A DNA stretch of 64,000 bases from Bacteroidota bacterium. Its GTDB lineage: Bacteria > Bacteroidota > Bacteroidia > Chitinophagales > Chitinophagaceae. Below, piece after piece: positions 8,907-15,561 of this stretch; position 1 is the stretch's first letter; each line of letters begins with the position of its first letter. A program made the position numbers and the translations under genes. The notes beneath the pieces were generated by a model. The model was not told the DNA's origin. It saw only the letters and a program-made list of their open reading frames with translations, and did no database searches. The stretch is from NCBI GenBank assembly GCA_018266575.1, contig JAFEAE010000026.1:3777-67776 (forward strand), written 5' to 3'.

Positions 8907-9770
8907 ATGCGTAACTATCTTGTCATACTCTCATTATTTATGGTTGCAACTTGCTTTGCCCAGAAAACAGATAAAAAATTAACGGCACAAATTCAGGAAG
9001 CCATCACCGGTTTTCATGGTGATATTGGAATTTATGTGATGGACTTGAAATCGGGCAAAACAGTTTCCATCAATGCAGATACGCTTTTTTCAACAGCAAG
9101 TATTGTAAAAGTCCCGATCCTTATTGGCATTATGGATAAGATAGAAAAAGGGGAATTGAATTACCACCAGCGGTTGACCTACACCGATTCTTTATATTAT
9201 GCAGAAGGCGATGATATACTCTCCGATTTTAAACCGGGCAGCACCATTGAACTCAGCAAAGTAATGATGCTGATGCTTACCATCAGCGACAATTGTGCGA
9301 GCTTATGGCTGCAAGGCCTTGCCGGTGGCGGCACACGCATTAATCAAATACTCGATAGCCTGGGTTTGAAAGATACACGTGTGAACAGCCGCACGCCGGG
9401 GCGTGAAACAAACCGCGGCGAATATGGTTGGGGGCAAACCTCACCAAAAGAAATTGCCATGCTGATGAAAAATATTGTTGACGGAAAGATCATCAGTAAA
9501 AATGCAAGCGATAAAATGCTGCGCCTGATGAGCCGCCAATATTGGGATGAAGAAGCGCTGTCACAAATTCCTGCCGGTGTTTTTACTGCTGATAAAAACG
9601 GCGCACTTGATGCAAACCGCAATGAGCTAATATATGTAAATGGAAAACATCCTTACATACTCAGCATCTTCACCAAAAATAATAAAGACCAGAGTTGGGA
9701 AAGCACGAACGAAGCATGGACACTCACAAGAAAAATTTCGAAGTTGTTGTGGGAGTATTATGGGGAGTGA
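8907..9770 (+). CDS. Class A beta-lactamase-related serine hydrolase (secreted)
   Basis: Signal peptide MRNYLVILSLFMVATCFAQ. S-x-x-K (ASIVK), SDN (ISDNCAS) and a KTG-like KNG triad, in class A order. Confidence 0.75.
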   Translation: MRNYLVILSLFMVATCFAQKTDKKLTAQIQEAITGFHGDIGIYVMDLKSGKTVSINADTLFSTASIVKVPILIGIMDKIEKGELNYHQRLTYTDSLYYAEGDDILSDFKPGSTIELSKVMMLMLTISDNCASLWLQGLAGGGTRINQILDSLGLKDTRVNSRTPGRETNRGEYGWGQTSPKEIAMLMKNIVDGKIISKNASDKMLRLMSRQYWDEEALSQIPAGVFTADKNGALDANRNELIYVNGKHPYILSIFTKNNKDQSWESTNEAWTLTRKISKLLWEYYGE

Positions 9771-9801
9771 AGTAATTGCGCCAAAAAATTATCTATTATC
9801 T

Positions 9802-10434
9802 CTATTTTCGTCCGAAATCAGCCGGGTTTTCTCCCCATGCCCTACTTTCCCATTTCAATATTTTATTTGGATAACTATTTTCTTTCAACCATTTCTCACC
9901 CCTTTCAATTAATTCAAAAAGTTTTTTGTTTGCCTCACTTTCATCATGTTTTGTCCTCGCAGTTTTTCGCTTCGCCCAACTAATTGCTGTTTTACTGTCG
10001 GAATAAATTGGTGTAGCCAAGGCTTTATTTTTACAATAAGCCAATGCATGCACAATAGCCAAAAACTCAACTATATTATTTGTACCGTCAGCGAAAGGCC
10101 CTTGATGAAATAATTCTTTTTTTGTTTTGAAATCGATACCACGATATTCGGCAGCACCAGAATTTGTATTCCATGCTCCATCAACTACAATGCTCTCTTC
10201 AATTGGATTGCCAATTAGTAACAACTCTTCTTCGCTAAGAGTAGACTCAATAAAATCGTGTCCGATAAACTCATTACTGTTTCCATCAAATGCCTTTTCT
10301 GCAAGTTGAGCAGTTTGAAATGATTTATACCTGGCTCCTACAAAACCATCAACTTGCTTCTTGCATTCTTCCCAGTTACTATAAATGCCCGGCTCCCGCC
10401 CTTCCCATACCACATAATATTTTTGCTTAGCCAT
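9802..10434 (-). CDS. RNase H1-type ribonuclease with N-terminal hybrid-binding (Cauli_VI/viroplasmin-like) domain
   Basis: KYYVVWEGREPGIYSNWEECKKQVDGFVGARYKSFQT is the RNase H1 N-terminal domain signature. It is followed by VVDGAW..., NNIVEFLAIVHAL, YSDSKTAISW and ENPADFGRK (DEDD-type RNase H core). Confidence 0.8.
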   Translation of the reverse strand: MAKQKYYVVWEGREPGIYSNWEECKKQVDGFVGARYKSFQTAQLAEKAFDGNSNEFIGHDFIESTLSEEELLLIGNPIEESIVVDGAWNTNSGAAEYRGIDFKTKKELFHQGPFADGTNNIVEFLAIVHALAYCKNKALATPIYSDSKTAISWAKRKTARTKHDESEANKKLFELIERGEKWLKENSYPNKILKWESRAWGENPADFGRK

Positions 10435-10493
10435 ATTTGTATTTTTAAATGTTCAAATATAAAACATATTTTTGTTTTATTATAGAACATTGT

Positions 10494-10501
10494 TACTTTT
10501 G
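10494..10501 (+). promoter_or_regulatory. Bacteroidota-type -7 box (TAnnTTTG) for the antitoxin/toxin pair
   Basis: TACTTTTG lies 19 nt upstream of the ATG at 10520. Confidence 0.4.
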
Positions 10502-10519
10502 TAGAAATAAAATTTATCT

Positions 10520-11317
10520 ATGAGTCATGCTATTTCACAACAGGAAATAGGAAAGCGCATTATGCAATTGCGGAAAGCAAAAGGGCTATCGCAGGATGAA
10601 CTGGCAAAAAACATGGAAATATCGAGGACCTCATTGGTGCAGATAGAACAGGGCAACCGTTACCTTGATGTGATGGAATTACAAAAGCTTTCACTATTGC
10701 TCGGATTCTCCGTAGATGAATTCCTCTCCAAAGATTTTAAGCCAGAGGAAAAGGAAGAGATTAAAGAGCCCAAAACGGCAAAGCAAAAAACCGAAGTCCG
10801 TGTTTCAGTCCCTGAAATGAACATTGCAAAATTTAAAAATGTACTGCTTTACATTCTGGAAAAATGTGCAGGCAAACCCAATGTCGGAGAAACGGTTTTA
10901 TATAAGCTGCTTTATTTTTCTGATTTCAATTATTATGAATTGTATGAAGAACATCTTTCCGGCGCCAAATACCGTAAGCTTCCTTTTGGCCCTGCGCCAC
11001 GGCGTTTTGAAAGCATTGTAAATATGATGATTGAAAAAAATGAGCTGAAAAAAATAAAGACCGAATATTTCAATAAAACGCAAACCCGCTACATTCCGTT
11101 GGTGAAGCCCGACCTTACCCAACTAAAAGCAAGTGAAAAAGAAGTGATCGACCGGGTGATAGAGCAAATGAGCGACTGGAGTGCAAGCGGCATCAGCAAT
11201 TATTCGCATAACGATTTGCCCTGGCAGGTAACGGAAGATGGCAAAGACATAAGCTATGAACTTGCCTTTTACCGCGAGCCGCCATATTCTGTAAGAGTTT
11301 ATGAAGACGAAAATTAA
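10520..11317 (+). CDS. HTH-XRE + Panacea (DUF4065/SocA-like) domain protein, PanA-type antitoxin candidate
   Basis: N-terminal IGKRIMQLRKAKGLSQDELAKNMEISRTSLVQIEQG (XRE HTH), then an acidic/Lys linker. Next comes FKNVLLYILEKCAGKPNVGETVLYKLLYFSDFNYYELYEEHLSGAKYRKLPFGP, which matches my memory of the DUF4065 core (KLLYF.D....G.P..G..Y....GP). Confidence 0.7.
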   Translation: MSHAISQQEIGKRIMQLRKAKGLSQDELAKNMEISRTSLVQIEQGNRYLDVMELQKLSLLLGFSVDEFLSKDFKPEEKEEIKEPKTAKQKTEVRVSVPEMNIAKFKNVLLYILEKCAGKPNVGETVLYKLLYFSDFNYYELYEEHLSGAKYRKLPFGPAPRRFESIVNMMIEKNELKKIKTEYFNKTQTRYIPLVKPDLTQLKASEKEVIDRVIEQMSDWSASGISNYSHNDLPWQVTEDGKDISYELAFYREPPYSVRVYEDEN

Positions 11318-11322
11318 TCCGT

Positions 11323-11667
11323 ATGGACTTCACATCGCTTTTGGAATTTGAAAAGGACCTGAAACGACTTTTGAAAAAATACCGGACGCTGAATGAGGAT
11401 TTGGAAATTGTGAAAAGTATTCTAAAGACAAAACCGGATGAACGTCCGCCATTTAGTTTTCGTATTGATGGATTGGCGATCACTACCTGTGTTATCAAAG
11501 TGAAAAAGATCGCATGTCGCTCCTTAAAAGGACGTGGAGTAAATAGCGGCTTTCGATTGATCTATGCATGGTTTGAAACCGAACAGCGAATTGTATTCAT
11601 AGAACTCTATCATAAGAATGAAAAGGAAGCGGAGGATAGAGCGAGGATAAAGAAAAATTTTGAGTAG
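11323..11667 (+). CDS. RelE/ParE-superfamily-like toxin candidate
   Basis: 114 aa, starting 5 nt after the antitoxin stop. GFRLIYAWFETEQRIVFIELYHKNEKE is the typical C-terminal strand pattern of RelE/ParE/HigB-type toxins. Confidence 0.55.
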   Translation: MDFTSLLEFEKDLKRLLKKYRTLNEDLEIVKSILKTKPDERPPFSFRIDGLAITTCVIKVKKIACRSLKGRGVNSGFRLIYAWFETEQRIVFIELYHKNEKEAEDRARIKKNFE

Positions 11668-11699
11668 CAGGCTTTATTTGACAATTGTCGTGGTCTGTA

Positions 11700-11773
11700 A
11701 AAAATAATAAAGACCTGAGATGGATATTCCCAGGAAAATTTCAAAGTTGTTGTGGGGGATTTATGGTGAGTGA
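11700..11773 (+). repeat. Degenerate duplicate of the 3' end of gene 8907-9770
   Basis: aaaaataataaagacc...aaaatttcaaagttgttgtgggggatttatggtgagtga versus 9675-9770. One frame reads PRKISKLLWGIYGE* against the gene's TRKISKLLWEYYGE*. The copy carries an internal ~25-nt deletion. Confidence 0.8.
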
Positions 11774-11803
11774 GATGACGCATTAAAGAAATGGAAATAC
11801 TAA

Positions 11804-13138
11804 CTATTTAACATCCTTCTCAACTTTATCCAAATCAACTGTTTCAGTATGTCGATATAATTCTCGTATATGTTTTGAAGAAATTCTAAATTGACTTCTT
11901 GCTTTTAAAACTGCTTTTGAAGAAATATTATCAATATGAATTCCTGGATCGTAAATAATTTTTCCACTAGCTATGTTATCAACAAAAAGCGAAAAATCAG
12001 TTCCTTCGCCTAAAATAATATTGTTGGAATATCTGTACTGCCTATATGGGATAGTATTTAAAAGTGAAGGTATATAACTTGCTTTTGCATGTTTTTTGAT
12101 CCAATGATTTAGCATTTTTGAAAATGACCATGAAGCAGCTATATTTTCATTCAAGTCAAACAGAAAGACCCCACCATTGGGGTCACTAATTTTTTTACTG
12201 GTAAAATCGAATCCAATTATTCTTAAAGTCAATCCGGACTTTTTTTGAAAAGATTCATGCTTATGATAACCTGTAAAATCCATTCTTTCCCTGTCTGACA
12301 AAGATTGATACCCATATTTTCTAACAAATGCAATACCTCCTTTATCCTTATAAAAACCACCATCAGGTTCCGGAGTCATCAATGTAATTCTTGCACTATT
12401 AATAAGATGCAATTTTTTTACTCCAAATTGTTTTATCTCCCATCCTAAGTAATCAGGTTCAGATTTGCCATTTTGAATAATTCCCAGTTCTGCCTCAAGT
12501 GTTAAGCCACCACATCTGCTTTCATTGCAAGGCGCAATCAAGAAACCTGGTTTAAGCTGCTTAGAATTAATCCATCCTTTTAAATAAATTTCTTTTAGTC
12601 TTAAGAGAAGTTGAGATTTTGTATCAAGAATTAATTTCTTTGCCTTAATAGCAAGTGAGTATAAAATTCCAATCATTGGAATATTCTTTAAATTCGAAAA
12701 CTCTTTTGAGATTTCGCTATTAGCATCAGATGCATACCCAAGTATTTGATCAGTTTTTGAAACTCCAAAAAATAAATATCTCCCCGGAACCGTATTATTT
12801 AAAATTGCGGAAGGCGCTTTTTTGCAGCCCTGCACGAAACCAGAAAATCTAACTTCTGGATATTTAGGATATAAAATAAATTTTGCATTGGGTGCTAGGA
12901 ATTTATTTCCTTCATCATCCATCCAAGAAAAATTACACGCTGCATGGAAAGTTTCCTTCTTTGCGTGGGGATTTAATACTGCCTGAAAATCGTTTACAGG
13001 AAATACATTTAAGATTTGAGTATCCCCGCTAGCGAGATAAATCTGTTGTTTAGAATTATTGTTTTTAACTAATTCTTTTACATAAACTGTTTCACAGTTT
13101 TGATCAGAAAACAATTTTAAAAGATTATTTAAAGTCAT
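11804..13138 (-). CDS. Type II restriction endonuclease candidate (PD-x4-ExK; MutH/MvaI/BcnI-like C-terminal half) with ~200-aa N-terminal extension
   Basis: Overlaps the 3' end of the methyltransferase gene by 14 nt. GKSEPDYLGWEIKQFGV gives a closely spaced PD...ExK nuclease motif. The track start at 13150 is TTG; the ATG at 13138 is preferred. Confidence 0.6.
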   Translation of the reverse strand: MTLNNLLKLFSDQNCETVYVKELVKNNNSKQQIYLASGDTQILNVFPVNDFQAVLNPHAKKETFHAACNFSWMDDEGNKFLAPNAKFILYPKYPEVRFSGFVQGCKKAPSAILNNTVPGRYLFFGVSKTDQILGYASDANSEISKEFSNLKNIPMIGILYSLAIKAKKLILDTKSQLLLRLKEIYLKGWINSKQLKPGFLIAPCNESRCGGLTLEAELGIIQNGKSEPDYLGWEIKQFGVKKLHLINSARITLMTPEPDGGFYKDKGGIAFVRKYGYQSLSDRERMDFTGYHKHESFQKKSGLTLRIIGFDFTSKKISDPNGGVFLFDLNENIAASWSFSKMLNHWIKKHAKASYIPSLLNTIPYRQYRYSNNIILGEGTDFSLFVDNIASGKIIYDPGIHIDNISSKAVLKARSQFRISSKHIRELYRHTETVDLDKVEKDVK

Positions 13139-14366
13139 TTTCTCTTGCAATTATTTTAGCTATTTGTTCTCCAACTGATTTTATCAGTGGCATAACAACC
13201 GAGTTCCCAAATTGCTTGTAAGCTTGATTATCAGAAACAGGTATTTTAAATTCTCGAAATGGAAATCCTTGCAATGCTGCACATTCTTTGGGAGTCAATC
13301 GCCTCGGTGGTCTATTTTCCTGAGGTATCAAAATTTCCGCTCCATCTTTATAATAACGTGCACTCATTGTTCTGCTTATTCCTTCAAGATTGACAAGACC
13401 AAATCCAAATCCATTGCCTTTTGCCTTATGCTTTTTTGCATATTCCTGAAGATAATTCCAGAGATGGTTAGACAAAGTGTATTTAGGGTCTACTTTTTTG
13501 TCAAGAATTTTTTTGATTTTATGATTCGGCTCAGGAAGAACAACTTTATTAAAATCAAATGAAATATCAGAACCATAATAAGATTTATCAAAGCCGACAA
13601 TTATAGTTCTTTCTCTATGTTGAGGGACAAAATGCTTACCGTCTAATACTTTTGAATCAAAAGAATATCCTAATTCTTCAAGAATATTTTTGATGACCTT
13701 AAAAGTATTTCCTTTATCATGTGAAACAAGATTCTTTACATTTTCAAGAAAGAATGCTTTAGGTCTATGTTCTTTAATTATCTCTGCTATATGAAAAAAT
13801 AAATTTCCTTGCTTTACATCTTCAAATCCATGTTTTCGTCCTAAACTATTTTTCTTTGCTACTCCTGCGATAGAAAATGGTTGACATGGAAAACCAGCAC
13901 ACAGAATATCAAATTTCTTCGGAATGAAACTTTTCGTTTCCGATTTGGTAATATCTCCAAACGGTATCTCACCAAAATTTGCATAATAAGTTTGTTGCGC
14001 ATATTTATCATATTCAGAGCTGAAAACACATTTCCCACCTAAACTTTGCATCGCCAACCTGAAACCACCAATACCTGCAAATAGATCTATAAAAGTAAAT
14101 TTTGCTTCTTCTTTACTGAGAGCAGGAAATGGAACCTTAGCTTTAATTTCAAATAAATACTGTTGAATGGCTTCTTCTAATGTAAGATTGCGAAATCCAT
14201 TTATTTGATGAATATTTTTTTTAAAATAGGATTTCGCGATTTTTTTCGAATCATTAGAAAGAGTATCAAAGTGTGTTAATAAAATTTCATCTGCTAAGAA
14301 ATTATTTTGTTTTTTGATGTTACCTTTTTGTTTGTATGATTCGATATTTATTTTTTTCCCAATCAT
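13125..14366 (-). CDS. DNA (cytosine-5)-methyltransferase
   Basis: Motif I FIDLFAGIGGFRLA, motif IV GFPCQPFSIAG, motif VI FFLENVKNL, TPKECAALQGFP and motif X QFGNSV. Confidence 0.9.
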   Translation of the reverse strand: MIGKKINIESYKQKGNIKKQNNFLADEILLTHFDTLSNDSKKIAKSYFKKNIHQINGFRNLTLEEAIQQYLFEIKAKVPFPALSKEEAKFTFIDLFAGIGGFRLAMQSLGGKCVFSSEYDKYAQQTYYANFGEIPFGDITKSETKSFIPKKFDILCAGFPCQPFSIAGVAKKNSLGRKHGFEDVKQGNLFFHIAEIIKEHRPKAFFLENVKNLVSHDKGNTFKVIKNILEELGYSFDSKVLDGKHFVPQHRERTIIVGFDKSYYGSDISFDFNKVVLPEPNHKIKKILDKKVDPKYTLSNHLWNYLQEYAKKHKAKGNGFGFGLVNLEGISRTMSARYYKDGAEILIPQENRPPRRLTPKECAALQGFPFREFKIPVSDNQAYKQFGNSVVMPLIKSVGEQIAKIIARENDFK

Positions 14367-14602
14367 TATTTCTTCTTTTTTCCATTTGAAAAAAATTCTG
14401 AGTCAAAAAAATCTTTCACAGATATTTCAAGCGCACTCATTATTCGTTCAAGGGTTCCAACAGAGATATTCTTTCTACCTTTTTCAATGTGAGTGAGAAA
14501 GCTTCTTTCGATATCTGCTTCGTAAGCGAATTTTTGCTGTGATAATTTTTTTGCTTTTCGTAATTCAGTTATACGCTTACCGATTTTTTCCTGTAAGTCC
14601 AT
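14366..14602 (-). CDS. XRE-family HTH controller (C) protein of the R-M operon
   Basis: MDLQEKIGKRITELRKAKKLSQQKFAYEADIERSFLTHIEKGRKNISVGTLERIMSAL. Its stop TAA shares one base with the methyltransferase ATG (TAATG). Confidence 0.7.
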   Translation of the reverse strand: MDLQEKIGKRITELRKAKKLSQQKFAYEADIERSFLTHIEKGRKNISVGTLERIMSALEISVKDFFDSEFFSNGKKKK

Positions 14603-14620
14603 ACACGAACATATTTTAGT

Positions 14621-14651
14621 GTGTCCTAAAAAGAGGTATGTTTTAAGACAC
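14621..14651 (-). promoter_or_regulatory. C-box-like palindromic operator candidate
   Basis: gtgtcctaaaa-agaggtatg-ttttaagacac is an imperfect 11-nt inverted repeat lying 19-49 nt upstream of the C-protein ATG. Confidence 0.4.
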
Positions 14652-14693
14652 AATGTGAATAGTGAATAAATAAGAATTCTTAAGAATCTGTAC

Positions 14694-15107
14694 TCAGGAA
14701 AGTTTTTTCAGAATAGAATAAAGAGTAGAATCGAGCTTTGATTTTTTTAAGTTGCATTCCCAAACATTAATAATTTTCCAGCCCCCTTTTTTTAAAGTTT
14801 TTACAGCTTTTGCATCATTAGCTTTGTTTTGATTGATTTTATTCAACCACCATTCCGTTCTGGTTTTTGGCACTACAAAATATTTACAGTTCTTATGCCC
14901 ATGCCAAAAACAACCATGTACAAAAATTACTGTTCTGTATTTTGTCAAAACAATATCTGGTTTTCCGGGAAGTCTTTTATCGTGTAGTTTATATCGGAAT
15001 CCATGTGCATGCAAAAATTTACGGACGAGCATTTCAGGTTTTGTGTCTTTGGCCTTAATGCAGCTCATATTATAACTGCGTGTTGGTTTATCATGCACAT
15101 CTGTCAT
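14694..15107 (-). CDS. vsr: Very short patch repair endonuclease
   Basis: RSYNMSCIKAKDTKPEMLVRKFLHAHGFRYKLHDKRLPGKPDIVLTKYRTVIFVHGCFWHGH is the canonical Vsr signature. Confidence 0.9.
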   Translation of the reverse strand: MTDVHDKPTRSYNMSCIKAKDTKPEMLVRKFLHAHGFRYKLHDKRLPGKPDIVLTKYRTVIFVHGCFWHGHKNCKYFVVPKTRTEWWLNKINQNKANDAKAVKTLKKGGWKIINVWECNLKKSKLDSTLYSILKKLS

Positions 15108-15154
15108 AACACAAAAATAAGTGTAGTGAGCGATTGCTGAATTTTATTCCCCCG

Positions 15155-15280
15155 CTCATGGGCTGCGGGATTGAGCGGAAAGCCCGCAGCCGCGAGGCAC
15201 GAGCGGCGAGGACTTGCAGCGAAAGCCCGGACAGATGCTGAGATATATTCTGCTGCTGAAAGCCCCGGATTATTTTCTTC
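15155..15280 (-). repeat. Family-D ~125-nt element, copy 1 (points toward vsr)
   Basis: Read on the minus strand: ggggctttcagcagcagaatatatctcagcatctgtccgggctttcgct...ccgctcaatcccgcagccc. It aligns with the plus-strand read of 24375-24505. Confidence 0.7.
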
Positions 15281-15561
15281 AAAATTTTTATCTCAACAAA
15301 TCTGCTGAGAAACAACGCAAATAATTTTTGCAGTTGACTGTTTTCCGTCAAACATCATTCAGAAAAAGAAGGTGCGTTTGTAAGGCCATAAAAAATGAAA
15401 AGGATTGCAATGTATCCTTTCACCATATCAACCCGTAATAAATTGGCAAGCGCCCTTTACCGGTATGCCTTTCTGCTGTCACTTTCCTGGCAAGGAGAGT
15501 GCTCTTATTATTGCAGAAAACCGGCAGGGGCGCTTTAATGATATAAAGTCAACCTGTTTAT

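Noticed and set aside
14673-14690. Palindrome aagaattcttaagaatc between vsr and the C gene as a regulatory site
   Set aside because: It is short and AT-rich, made of overlapping GAATTC/CTTAAG palindromes that could arise by chance. The larger gtgtcctaaaa/ttttaagacac repeat nearer the C-gene start is a better operator candidate.
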